Shown here in pieces: positions 1-12,191 of a DNA stretch of 64,000 nucleotides (position 1 is the first letter of the stretch; the number at the start of each line of letters is the position of its first letter). The notes beneath the pieces are model-generated. The model was not told the origin of the DNA and did not search any database. It saw only the letters and a list, made by a program, of their open reading frames with translations. Source of the stretch: the human T2T-CHM13v2.0 reference genome, Homo sapiens; NCBI RefSeq assembly GCF_009914755.1, contig NC_060945.1. One strand, written 5' to 3'. A program made the position numbers and the translations under genes.

Positions 1-293
1 AGTGGAGCATTTGCGTGTCTGTCCCTGAGTGTGTATAATGCATTTCACGTGGCACCTGTGACTCATCGCAGGAGGCTGGCCGTGGGCAGGTGCTGTTGTC
101 TGTGGGGGAGAGCCTGGCTGGTCGCTCCTACTTTTGGTACCAAAACTGTAATTGCTCTTCCAGGACTTAGATAATGCTTTGGAGAATTCTTGTAGCCTTA
201 TAAAAGGAATGTGAAGGACTGGTTAGAATCAGTGCACCCACACAGCCTAATGAGCCACGTAAAGTTGACTAGACAGATCGTCAAATGCAGATG

Positions 294-295
<2 letters not shown>

Positions 296-363
<68 letters not shown>

Positions 364-371
364 CCCCCCCC
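296..371. repeat. (CA)~33 microsatellite followed by a C-run
   Basis: Perfect CA repeat 296-360, then about 11 C. Confidence 0.98.
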
Positions 372-882
372 TCTGTGTTGGCTGAAGGTGGAGTGAAACT
401 GGCCTAACCCCACTGTCCTCCAGGGGGATTCAGTGAGGCCTGAATCCCCTGCTCCTGTCCTGTCCTCTCACTGTTGCCTTTCAGTGGCTCCTGCACCCTC
501 CAGACTGCCTGATAATCTCCTCTATTGGAGGCCACGTACCTGCTGCAGAGAATGTGTCGCGTGGCTGTAGTCTTAGGCAACTTAGGTGGGGCTGAGAACC
601 CAGGGCCACTTCTGTCTGCGAAGTGGCTCAAATTCAGCATGGAAAGAACGGAGCCTTCATGGAATGCAGGCGAATACAGTGAATGTTTGTGCCTAAATGA
701 CTGCGTGGGGCTCTGCAGGTGTAGGATGAGGGAGGAGTCCAGTCTTTTCTAGTGTCATGAAATTCCCACCGCAGCTGCCTGCTGCTCCCCGGACGGGATT
801 TCCTCTCGCTGCCAGTGGGAGGGGTGGGGAGGGCTGGATGTGGCGAGGGAGTCTGTAGACAGAAGACATTGCCAGCTCCCAG

Positions 883-968
883 CCCCACCGCCTTCCCCGC
901 ACACTCGTCGCGCTGTGACTCCCGGCCCCGCCGCCTTCCCCGCACACTCGTCGCGCTGTGACTCCTGG
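883..968. repeat. 43-bp tandem duplication, CpG-rich (2 copies)
   Basis: ccgccttccccgcacactcgtcgcgctgtgactcc occurs at 888 and 931. Confidence 0.9.
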
Positions 969-3267
969 CGGTTTTCTGTGTTCTTCCAGAAGATTGGCAC
1001 CTTTCTTCTCCCACCCCCACCCTCCACCCGCGATGGCATCTGCTGTTTATTTTTGTTGCTGTTCTGTGTGTTGCATGGACGCTTTAGCAGCCGTGACGCC
1101 CGCGTCTTCACAGGGCCCACTCAGCCTCCCGCCTCACATAAGTGTGGAGTTCAGTTGCTGCAGAGGCTTTTGCCTGATCAGTTTTTAATATCTACCTGAT
1201 GTCACAGGTTGATTTTGTATGTAACTTGTTGAAAGGCACTTGTGTAAAAAGGTGTAAAGAAAGCTGCTTTTATGAAAGCAGACGTTTCCCAAAGGACTTG
1301 ACCCCCTCCCCAAGTATTTCCGCAGGGATGGTGTGGCTATGCAGAGGTGAGGGTGCTTCCCTGAAGTGCTTTGGTGAGAATTTGCTCACCTGGCGAGGGG
1401 TTTGCTTACCAGTTCATCTTAACCTAATTAAGTTTGCATTGTCTCTGGAACGCCACGTTTGGGGGATAAAACTCATAGAAATACTGAAATATAGCAATGT
1501 TGTTGAAAACCTGTGGTTATGTAAATATCCTCAGAACTCTTTGTGCTGGAGTAATATGAAATCTCGATGGCTTTGGCAGCAGCCTTCCAACAGGTCTGCG
1601 GGGTGCGGGTGAAGGTGACCTTTCCAACATCAAGGAGAAGGGCCAGAGAGGCGCCCGGACTCACAGTGGCCCTTTCCTGGACCCTTCCCAGGGGCGGAGG
1701 GCCAGAGAGGCACACTCCGATTATGGTCCATCTTTATAGTAACGCTGGGACACAGGCATTGTCATGCCAACTCCATAACTGATGGCCAGGGAGTGTAAGT
1801 GATGTCACCAAGGCCAGAAGCCACAGAGAGGCACCAAGATCCCAGCTTAGGCCTGTCTGCTGCCGAAGCCTATATCCCTAACCAGGATGTGAGACCCCCA
1901 CTCATTACATAACAAAACTAGGAAAACTTTTCTGCTTATTTATGAAAAAAAGGGAACATTTCTAATCGGATATGTTTTCCACAGGTGGTTCCTCCCCAGA
2001 AATATTAAATCACAAAGGATATAAAATTCTGTTTTAAGCGGCGGCCTGCAGAATCTCTTTTTCCTTTCTTCTGCACCAGGTTAATGTTAGAAACTTCAGC
2101 TTCTCCCTGCACATGATTCTCCCTCAGCCGGGGAATGTCCTGTATTCCTGCCCTAGCTGTGGCTTTCTTCAGTCAGAGGTGAATTGTAGTGGCGATGCTT
2201 AGGCCCTTTGGGCGTGGCCAGATTGACTTCCATGGGAGGCAGCAGGGAAAGGTGGGCAGAAACACCTGGCTTCTGAAGGTGCCAAGGAGAAGTGTTCAAC
2301 AAGGCGGCGGGTGAACAGAGAAAGGCCACAGATACCAGCTTGATACAGAGAGGAAGGGCTGCAGGCACCCGCCCTGGGTCTCACGATCACACTCCCAGCC
2401 CCTCACGTCCACCTTGGGTGGAGAACTTAAAACACAAGCAGGAGCAGCCAGGGGGACCCAAGCAGTTGGGGAGCAAATGAAAGCACTCTCTTCCTGAGAT
2501 GCCAGGAGGTCAGCATGGCGCCTCCAGGGAGGACCAGCTCTGCCAAGGGAGCTGCTGGGCAGATGATGACTTTGCATTGTAAAGTAGAGCCCTTGGCTAG
2601 TTTTTGGGGACAGTGTTTAATTATAGCAGAACAGCCCAGTGATGACGGCAGAGTCACGTGACCGTGGAGCAGCTGCATCCCGTGTGACATGCCGGGACTC
2701 AGTGACGTGGCCCACGTGCTGCCAGCTGTAAATCAGGGTGTCTAGCTCCGATTCAAAAGCCCTGGCCTTTTGAAAGTGGCCAGCCTTGTTGGCCACTCCC
2801 TCCTGAAGAGGGGGGGCAGGACTTCCGGCTGCTGCCTGCCTGGGCACTGGGGTGGCTCCCTGCCCAGCGTTCTGTGCCCTGACCTGGAGCCAGCTTTGTG
2901 CACTGCCCTCCAGACCCCTGGCCTCTCTCAGGTTCCAGCTCACGAGGACACCCCTCTGGTATCACGGGCACTGAATGGGCACTCGATCCCCCTAAGGGAC
3001 ACCCCTCTGACCACAAGGACTTCACTTGCCGCCATCACTCACGCTTGATGGGGCAACTCCTTTGAATCTTGAATAGTGCAGAATGATCACTACAGAGACC
3101 CCTGAGAAGAGAAGCATGGGAGCGACAGAGGCCACCAGGGAGGGACACACAGTCACAGAGCACATTCTGTCTTCCTCAGTTTCCCCCGCAACAAGACGAG
3201 CCCCTGCCACATGTGGCGCTGTCCTGGAAGTGTTGTTCCTCTTCCCAAGGAATGCGCTGAGGAAGAG

Positions 3268-3361
3268 CCCACTTAGGCCCCTCTGCCTCCCAACGAGAAG
3301 CACCCACTCAGGCCCCTCTGCCTCCCAACGAGAAGCACCCACTCAGGCCCCTCTGCCTCCC
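3268..3361. repeat. 35-bp minisatellite, ~2.7 copies
   Basis: Unit acccactcaggcccctctgcctcccaacgagaagc. Confidence 0.9.
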
Positions 3362-3670
3362 GACACATGAGCTTTCCTCTCTGCCCAGGGTTTGTTTCAC
3401 AAGGGCCGTGTCATCCTAAGCTCTGTGCAAAAAGCCTGGTGTTCAGCGTCACAGGTCCCAGTGACTTCTGTAACTGGGCAGCAGCCTTGTCTGCAGAGGG
3501 GGAGACCGAGGCAGGGGCAGCAAGTAACATGCTCACACAGCCAGTCACCAAACTCCAGGGCGATGGCTTTCCCCTCCTCCCACCTCCCAGACAAGTGTCT
3601 CCAACCCTGGCCCTGCTTGCTGGTTCTGTGGACAGTTTGGTGGGTGGGTGGTCCCCTGCCCCAGGGATAT

Positions 3671-4100
3671 TTTTAAATTGAGGTATGATTTACACTTACT
3701 AAGTATACAAATCTTCAGTGTACAGTTTGGCAGATCTGTACATGCCCATAGGGGTAGTCATCCTCTAGGTTAAGGGATGGACCCTTTCTGGCTCCCAGAC
3801 AGCTCCCCATCCCCTGTCCCACATTGTCCCCCTTTAGGTAACCGTGACTCTCACCTCTAGCCGCATGGATTCGTTGCCCATGCTTGGACTTCCTATGAGT
3901 GGAATGCTGCAGTCTGTACTCTTTCATGTCTGCCTCCTTCTGCTTCATGTTATGTTTGTGAGGTTCATCCTCATTGTTGCCTGGACCTGTAACTTGTTCT
4001 TTTTCACGGGTGTGTAGCATTCAGTTGTGTGAATCTAGGAAAATGTACCCCTTCTTCCTTGTGGACAGGTGGTCAAGGATGACAGGCAGTCGGCTTTCAG
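3671..4100 (-). mobile_element. Old L1M 3'-end fragment
   Basis: Typical antisense L1M 3' text (ttttaaattgaggtatgattta..., gtgaggttcatcc...ttgttgc); boundaries approximate. Confidence 0.6.
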
Positions 4101-4409
4101 CTTGGAGCTCTTAGAACTAAAACTGCTCCCGAGGCTCGTCTTCCGGTGGCATATGAAGATGGCTTATGTTCGTCACGTGCTCAGGAGTGGGGTTGCTGGA
4201 GAGTCCTGCTGAAACGTCACCAGCAGGCATTCTTGTGGGTCCTGCAGACACACCGCCAGCAGCGCCTTGTGTCCCTCTTAGAATGCAGGGTGCAGGTGCC
4301 CTGGGCAGGCTGCTGGGAGAGGAGGGGTGACTGTTCCTCTCTGTGCCCCATGCTGAGCCTCACTGAGGGCACTTCCTCTCCCTGCTTCTGCCCTCCCATC
4401 ACGTCCCAG

Positions 4410-4542
4410 GGTGAGCTCCACAAGTACTGCACTGCTTGGGATGAAGCTGACGTCAGGTTCAGCAGCCAGAACAGGAAGTCTGGGTCCGCTGCCCCCCACC
4501 AGCTCCCTGACAATGAGACCGACTGTGGCTGGGCACCGTTTG
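4410..4542 (+). CDS. SLC37A1: SLC37A1 coding exon, in-window #1 (133 nt): GELHKYCTAW...NETDCGWAPF; luminal loop with N-glycosylation sequon NET
   Basis: cccag|GGTGAG acceptor and TTTG|gtaagt donor; phase 0 to 1. Confidence 0.95.
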
Positions 4543-5183
4543 GTAAGTCGATTATCGGTCCGTCCAGGAGCCGAAGCGGCTGTCCTTCCAGCCTTGCTAT
4601 TAATCACTTTAGCAGCAGTAATGCTGTTCCCAGATGTAACTGCATTTCCATGACAGCCCTCTCCTACCAAAAAGCACATGACTTCACCGCCACGGTGTCC
4701 ACAGTGCCTGTGCGCAGAGCTGTTCCTCCTGAAAGAAGGTTCTCTTTATGGGGAAATGTGCTGAAGATCATTTGCATTTTGTATTTTGGACTTGCAGGGC
4801 ATAGTTCTGTGGGTGAGAAGAAGAGAGAGACACGAGGCGCTGGTGTGGGTGCTGGCCTAGGCAGGTGTGCTGCAGAAAAGCCAGTGGACACGTAAAAGAA
4901 AAGGCATCAATCAAATGTGCAGCCACCATGCACAATGGGGATTTTATCTCATCTGAATGACGCCTGTATTATATTTAGTGATTATTTGAAACTGCGGTGA
5001 CTTCATTTTCCTTTGCAAGAAACTGAACGGAAAATGCACCGCCTTGTTTTCTATGTGGAAAACCACGCGTTTCACTAAGTACACCCCGATTTCGGGAACA
5101 GATGCTTTGTGTTTTATAGCCGTGCTCTAGAACATAAACTAAACAATACTGAGCTTGTCCTGCTGGTTTTCAAATTCATATAG

Positions 5184-5262
5184 ATAAGAACAACTATCAG
5201 CAGCTGCTTGGGGCCCTGGACTACTCCTTCCTGTGCGCCTATGCCGTGGGGATGTACCTCAG
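5184..5262 (+). CDS. SLC37A1: SLC37A1 exon #2 (79 nt): DKNNYQQLLGALDYSFLCAYAVGMYLS
   Basis: catatag|ATAAG acceptor and CTCAG|gtaggt donor; phase 1 to 2. Confidence 0.95.
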
Positions 5263-5749
5263 GTAGGTCTCCTTCAGTTTTCCAGACCCTTCCTGGTTAC
5301 CTGGCCCCTCCGTGCAGAGAAGACATCCGCTATGCTGAAGTGCACAGGCGCGCGGGATTGAGGCCCCCGCTTGCCACTGGCTTCCCTGCTGTTCCCTTCC
5401 CAAAGACGAGGCCAAGCTTAGGAGAGAGCAAGTGCGTGTGCTGTGCCCACAACACAGGACCTCGAGGCAGAGGATTTCCGTGTCCCGGGCACTGTGCCAA
5501 TTGACACAGGCTGCCCTCAGCTTTCCTGGCCCTGAAGTTTAGGACCTACCATGAATCCTGCCAATCCTGGGACGTGGTCATTCAGGAACAGAGGACTAGT
5601 TTCCTGTTCAGCAGAGCCCAACCTCTCCTGTGGTTCAGAGGTTGCCATCTGTTTACATGCCCCAAATAACGAATTTCACCTGATGATCGAAACAGTTGAC
5701 ACAGGATGTGCTGAACAGCTCTACCTGGATGCCCAGCTTGGCCCCAGAA

Positions 5750-5907
5750 CTCTGAGCACAGCAGAGGCAGCCATGCATGGCGGGTGGGGAACTCCAGAGA
5801 GAGACCGGCTCGGATCTGAGTCCCAGCTCTGAGTACAGCAGAGGCAGCTCTGCGTGGTGGGCAGGGAACTCCAGAGAGACACCAGCTGGGATCTGAACCC
5901 CAGCTCT
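5750..5907. repeat. 77-bp diverged tandem duplication
   Basis: ctctgagYacagcagaggcagc...ggaactccagagaga...ggatctga starts at 5750 and 5827. Confidence 0.8.
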
Positions 5908-6062
5908 ACCACCTGCTAGGATGTGGCCTTGAGCAAGTTACTATACCTCTTTGGGCCTCAGTTTCCCCTTTGCAACATGGAGGAAATAATAGTTCTTATG
6001 TCATAGGATTGGGGCAAAGATTGAGTTAATGTATGTAGAAGCTCACAACGGTGCCTGGCCTG
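5885..6062. mobile_element. MIR SINE
   Basis: Core text gtggccttgagcaagttac...ggcctcagtttcccctttgcaacatgg. Confidence 0.75.
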
Positions 6063-6211
6063 TGCTGCCAGCCCAGCCCATTCTTGATCCCACTTTGAAC
6101 TGACCAAGGCAGGTGGTGAATATTATATGGGTCATAGGACGTGTGATTGGCTGATTAAAAACTGCTATTGTGTCAGTCCAGCCAGGTTTTTTTTTAAAGG
6201 CAGTATAGGGA

Positions 6212-6657
6212 TGTTCTAGCCCATTTTCTGTTGCTATTAGCACAATATCTGAGCTTGAGTAATTTATAATGAAAAAAGGTGTATTTAGCTTTTATCTAAC
6301 TGGGAAGTTCAAGATTGGGCAGCTGCATCTGGCAAGAGCCTCGTGCCACATTGTAATGTGGTGGAGGGCGTCACCTAGCAGAGGCCCCTGTGAGATGGGT
6401 TAGCAGTGAGCAGGGCATACAAAACAGACACAGCACAGGGGTGACGTTGCTTTATAGCAACCAGCTCTCACCTCTCACAATAGCTCATCAGTCCTGAGAG
6501 CGCGGCCACTCACTCCTGCGGATTCATTCCTTCGTCAAGGCGGATCCCTCATGACCCAAATGCCCTTCAAAGCTCCCTGTACCTCTCAACACAGTTATAC
6601 TGGGGACCAAGCCTCAACACAAGTTTTGATGGAGACCAACCATAGTCACACCACAGC
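6212..6657. mobile_element. MaLR LTR (MLT1/MST-like), solo
   Basis: tgttgcta...ctgagcttgagtaatttataatgaaaaaagg at the start and ggggaccaagcctcaacac...accacagc at the end. Confidence 0.7.
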
Positions 6658-7187
6658 CAGAGACTGAGGCATGTGGTCCCAAGAGGCTTTTGTTCAGAGA
6701 CAGAGGTCTTTACCGCCTGGAGAAACCCAGGGATCCCCATAAATGTTTAGCTGCTTCCCTGAGACCTGCCCAGAGTGTAGGATCATCAAGACCTGGGCCC
6801 CCCTACCCCGCTCAGAGCCCTGGTGGGTGGTTGGTGCCCAGGCAGGCAGTGTCTGCTATTGGAGGAGAGTGCATAGCTCTCCCTTTATTGAACGTGTGTA
6901 TTTGCCTCCTGCTGCAGAACTTGTCTGAGTGAACAAATGAATAATAAAGATTTGGAATCCCAGAGTGTGTGGTGTGCAGCAGACCAGGAGCCTAGCTGGA
7001 GAGTGTGGTGTGTACCTGGGGCTTCCTTAGCGCTTGGGTCTCAGCCAGGCTGCCAGACCTTCTCCACTTTGAGGTCAAATGTTTATATTCCCCACACTGC
7101 AGTCTTACTGAACACAAATAATCTGTGGTATAAAAAGACCCAAAGTGGGAGTGTGTTTTTCTCAGTTACTGGAAAACTGCATTTAAA

Positions 7188-7403
7188 TCTGGTTCTCAGC
7201 TGGGGGCAGTTTTGTCTCCTAGGGGACATTTAGTAATGTCTAGAGACATTTGTGGGTGTCACAGCCAGGGAAGGGATGTTGCTGGCATCTAGTGGCTAGA
7301 AACCAGGGTGCTGCTAAACATCCTACAACACACAGGACAGCCCCTAACACCACAGAATTACCGGAGCCAAAGTATCAATAGTGCTGGGGTTCAGAAAGCC
7401 TGC
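7188..7403. mobile_element. MER20 (hAT-Charlie) DNA transposon remnant
   Basis: ggttctcagctgggggcagttttg...ggggacattt...ctggcatctagtgg...gctgctaaacatcctacaa. Confidence 0.8.
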
Positions 7404-9223
7404 TTTAAGTAAATAAACTGGTTTCTTGTTGCTTATTTACGGTAAAGATAATTCTTATGCAACTTGTCAGTAAGGTTATTAAAACAAAATTTGGTCTAAT
7501 GTGACATCTACACAGTAAACTCATGACTGAAAACAAGGGCACATGCTGCTGCATTGAAGGGGCCTTTTTGTGTGACAGTCCCTACCTGAGGTCTCAGTGA
7601 TGGGTGCTGTTTTGTTCGCTATGTCAGATGAAATCAGATCTGATAGGGTACAGCCATTCAGCCCAGGTACTGCCTGGTGGGTTCAAGCAGGTGCAGCGTG
7701 GACTTGAATCCCTGTATGAGTCCCATGTAATGTGAAATGGTGTTTGTTCAATTAGACCTTTTCTTTAAAATTTTTCAGTAGAGATCAAAGTAGGCCCAAA
7801 TCATATAGCAAGATTAGAGAATACTTCTAAGCCTAGCCAGCAGCACCCAGCTCTCAGGAGCCCATCTGGTTGTGCCAGCTGTGCTGTGACCTGGGCAGGT
7901 CAGCCAGCCTCTCAGGGACCTATCTCCTGGTCTCTGAAGTGGGCAGGTTGAAGTCAGTAACTCTCTAGCTCTACAATGCTCTTGAGTCTGTGTGTGGTGA
8001 GGTTTTAGCTGAAATTTTCACCTGGATGTTGTCTATAATTTTAAGTTACTTTCTTCTGCTTTAGTGTTTAAAAGGTCATTTGCATGATCCAAGGTAGATC
8101 TTTTTTACTTGGTGAATTCGGAAGGAAAATCTCTCTGGCGTAGGTTTTTGAGATGAAAGCTGAGAACATTGGAGCTGACTCCCGGAGTGGGGTTCATGGC
8201 AGGCAGGTGTCACTGTGTGTTAGGTTTCCTGTTTATCTGACTCCTAGAATGACCCTACAGAAGAAAGTGAGACCCATAGAGTCTCTAATGCTTGTGAAGG
8301 GCTCACGTCCATCCGTGATACTCTACAGCTTTTCTGTTTACTTAATAAGTCACAATGTTAAGTTGGTCCATAGTGACATTTCCCATAAAACAGTAAGGGA
8401 TGTTTTGGATGGCATTAGGTATTGTGCTGTGATGGCGGCTAAAGACTGTTAAGTCTGTTCCCTGCTGTGAAGCTGGAGACTTTTTACCACCCCCCTCGAG
8501 GCTGTTTTAGTGAGGCGCTAAGCATCCCTTATGCCACCAGGTCCCCAGACAGCTCTAGAAGATAAGACACCAAAGAGGGTAGCTGTTTAGTGAATCGCAT
8601 TGCTGTTCAGAAGGATCAGAGAGATGCCACCCCAGCATTTCAGACCTTACCATAGAGCAAATCTTCTGCCTTTAAATCAGGTCAAAGTGGTGTGGCAGGA
8701 GGCGGTAGTGGCAAAGCAGCTGAAAGCCACTTCCCCACTGAGCCCAGCCAGCCAGGTGTATTAACACAGGTGACTTAATTACAGCTCGTGGGGCCGAATG
8801 ACTTGCTCAGGGTCATAAGTGATCTCATGACATTTGGTGTAGTTTGACAACTGGAATTTTAAGACACTATATACATTTACTGGATATGGTTTATGTGAAA
8901 GCAGGATTAACTAGCAAGACGAGTTCCTGTTTCCTTTCATTGGCAGCTATCATAGATAAGTCCTAGTGTTTGAATTTTATTATTTGACAGATAGGACTTC
9001 TACTAGAAATAAAATCTTCTAAGATGTTGCCAGTCTCTGGTTTCTGGTGAGTAAGCGCTCCATAGGGAAATAAGTGTATGAAATCTTCCTGGAAATTGTA
9101 AGGCTTGAGAGTTCCCCAAGCTCAGAGAACAGCATGAAAGCATCCGGCAAGAAACAGCCACGAGGTTGCTAACATTCGGGCGTGTTTGTTATTCCTATTT
9201 GTCTTTCCTTCTCTCCACCTCAG

Positions 9224-9359
9224 TGGCATCATTGGGGAGCGCCTGCCGATTAGGTATTACCTAACTTTCGGGATGCTCGCCAGCGGAGCCTTCACCGCCC
9301 TGTTCGGCTTAGGGTATTTCTACAACATCCACAGTTTCGGATTCTACGTGGTAACTCAG
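9224..9359 (+). CDS. SLC37A1: SLC37A1 exon #3 (136 nt): GIIGERLPIRYYLTF...FYVVTQ
   Basis: Polypyrimidine tract then ctcag|TGGC; CAG|gtaagg donor; MFS motif A-like; phase 2 to 0. Confidence 0.96.
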
Positions 9360-9789
9360 GTAAGGGTTTGGGTCCGTGGCTCACCATGTACGGGGTTTCC
9401 TTGGTGAATAGGGTGGAGTGTTTATGTCACGTCACCTCTGTCAAGGTGTTGGGAAGGGGCAGAAGTGCGTCCTGTCGGAAGTCAGGGTCAGCTGACGTAA
9501 CAAAGTCCTTCCCTTTCTCTTCTGCTTAGAAATTCCAGCAACCAGGAGGTTTTCCTTAATTTCAGGAGTTGCCTCGTAAAGAATGCTGTCTGTCAGTGCC
9601 CCGGCAGGGAGACTGACATGCAGAGCCCTTGGGAGTCACTCTGTCTTCATGTGGATAAGTTTGAGATGTTTTATCTTGCGAAAGATTTGACCACTTAGGG
9701 GTTGGAGGGTGTGTCCTCCAGCTGAAGCCCCAGCTGCAGTCACCCTAACAGCGGTGGCAGGGAGTTCCCACCAGGGAGCGCCCCAAACC

Positions 9790-10135
9790 ATCCCAAGATG
9801 GGGCTGGTTGGGATTCCAACGAACAAAGCACTAAATGCTGGGTGATCAATTTAAAGCATGTATTAGGGGAACTTACATACTGAGGGCTGCAGTGTATGGT
9901 CGCAACACACAGCGGGACAGGGCGTTCCACCTAGGTCTGTCCACAGTGAGGGGTTGGCATATGGAGTTTATTTGAGGGTTTAAGGAATTTGGCTCAGGGC
10001 CAGGGTTAGTTTCTTTCCATGTTTTGGGTCAACAACTGAAACACCTTTATCAGTGCCTAGGAGTGTTCAGGGACCAACTTGGGTCCAAGCCTACAAAGGA
10101 AAACCTGCAGCTGGTTGGGTCACAGTGAGAGGAAA
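9790..10135. mobile_element. Probable LTR fragment, family uncertain
   Basis: LTR-like composition and phrasing; recognition only. Confidence 0.3.
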
Positions 10136-10698
10136 AAGGGGGAGACCTGAGGAGTCTACAGAGGGATGCAAGGGCGGAAGGAAGGGCCGACTTTGGAGTT
10201 GGGCAGCAGGAGGGGGTGTGAGGCAGTCAGTGGAGAGAACAGGAGAGATCATGAAGGTGCTAGAAGGGGAGAAGGCCTGAGGACAGCGCGCGCTGGCTTT
10301 GCCCTTGGAGCTGGAGCCCTTCCGGAATCTCCTGGCTTCTGCCCTTCCCAGCAGTCCTGTGGATCAATATTCAGCAGCCGAGGGAAGCTGCTGAAATAAT
10401 GATGCTCATCTCGGGCTTTGTGATGCTTCTGGGGCTCCCCAGATAGGTCAGGGGAATGCTATAAAACCATCAAGCAGATTGTATTTAATTTTGCTTTTCA
10501 AGATTTTGCCATAACACTTGAAAAAGTTTGGCTATTTTAATTACAAAAGCAATTCACACTTGTGTAGTAATATAGAAAATTAGAAGGGAGGAGAAAACAA
10601 TTTTCCAGAGTCCCAGCATGTTTCTGGAGTGAAGGCCCAGCCCGGTCAGCCCAGAGGCAGCAACAGTTAGACCAGCGGCTCCCAGGCGTCTTCTAGAG

Positions 10699-11041
10699 CA
10701 GCAGTTTCCAACCTTTTTGGCACCAGGGACCAGTTTTGTGGAAGACAGTCTTTCCACTGGGGACCAGGGTTGGGGAGAGGAGGATGGTTTGGGGATGAAA
10801 CTGTTCCCCCTCAGGTCATCAGGCATTCGATTCTCATAAGGAGCGCACAACCTGGATCCCTCACATGTGCAGTTCACAGTAGGGTTCGCGCTCCTATGAG
10901 AATCTAACGCCCCGCTGATCTGACAGGAGGTGGAGCTCAGGCGGCAATGCTTGCTCTCCCACTACTCACCTCCTGCTGTGTGGCCCGGTTCCTAATAGGC
11001 CACGGATCAGGACTAGTCTGTGCCTGGGGTTGGGGACCCTG
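10699..11041. mobile_element. MER1B (hAT-Charlie MITE) with 8-bp target-site duplication
   Basis: ccaacctttttggcaccagggacc ... gggttggggaccctg; flanked by TTCTAGAG (10691) and CTCTAGAG (11042), matching the NTCTAGAN hAT target. Confidence 0.88.
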
Positions 11042-11163
11042 CTCTAGAGAGCTGGCTTACTGCAGTGAGGTGGTCAGAGCTGCCAGGCTGGCCCAGGGTT
11101 GGGGACCCTGCTCTAGAGAGCTGGCTTACTGCAGTGAGGTAGTCGGAGCTGCCAGGCTGGCCC
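11027..11163. repeat. 69-bp tandem duplication spanning the MER1B right end
   Basis: ggggaccctgctctagagagctggcttactgcagtgagg occurs at 11032 and 11101. Confidence 0.92.
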
Positions 11164-11450
11164 TGGTTTCGTGCAGTCTTGTAGAGCCACCCCCGAGTCT
11201 CAAGACGCTAGAGCGTCCTCAGCAATACATTCCCCAAGTCCCTTCATGAAACTCAAGTCAGGGATTCTTCAAAAGTGCAGAGATACTTTGTCCAGGCGCG
11301 AAGTCAAGTTCGTGTTCATTCCAGAGAATGATTAACAACAGTACCTTCTCCATGGCATGGTAAGGGAAACATGCAATTCACAAGCCATGTTTATCATACA
11401 ATTCTATAAACAGTTCATAAAGAGAAGAAAGGTTTTCTCTCTTTAAAAAG

Positions 11451-11752
<302 letters not shown>

Positions 11753-12114
11753 TCTTTCTATGAAGTTTTTGGATTCAAAAGAGACCGGGAAGCTTGGCCC
11801 CACACTGTTATGAGGTGTGATCTGCTGGTGGTGGGGTTCTGGCTGGGTTTTTTTTCCTTGCTTTTCTCTGCTTATTCTAAAATTTCCACAATAGGCATGC
11901 ATTGCTTTTATTTTGAAAAATATATAGATACCTGTATACATGGTTTTAAAATATATATGTAGTTTAAACTGTATATAAATATAAAATTGACAGTCCATCT
12001 CTGGCTGTCGTGCCCCCTGCTTTGTGTAAGTGGAGCAAGCTCTGTGCACCTCCCTGCAGCGCTGTCCCGGGCCTGCTTCCCACAGGTCAGTCTCTCCTTT
12101 GGCCTCTCCTGCAG

Positions 12115-12191
12115 GTCATCAACGGGCTGGTGCAGACCACCGGCTGGCCCAGCGTCGTCACCTGCCTCGGCAACTGGTTTGGAAAAGGAAG
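12115..12191 (+). CDS. SLC37A1: SLC37A1 exon #4 (77 nt): VINGLVQTTGWPSVVTCLGNWFGKGR
   Basis: ctgcag|GTCATC acceptor and GAAG|gtgaga donor; phase 0 to 2. Confidence 0.96.

Noticed and set aside
4448-4455. Full CRE palindrome TGACGTCA
   Set aside because: Lies in coding sequence (A-D-V-R codons) and is expected by chance about once per window
4146-4895. 249-aa ORF as an independent gene
   Set aside because: Only 4410-4542 is exonic SLC37A1; the flanks are intronic read-through in GC-rich DNA with a non-ATG start
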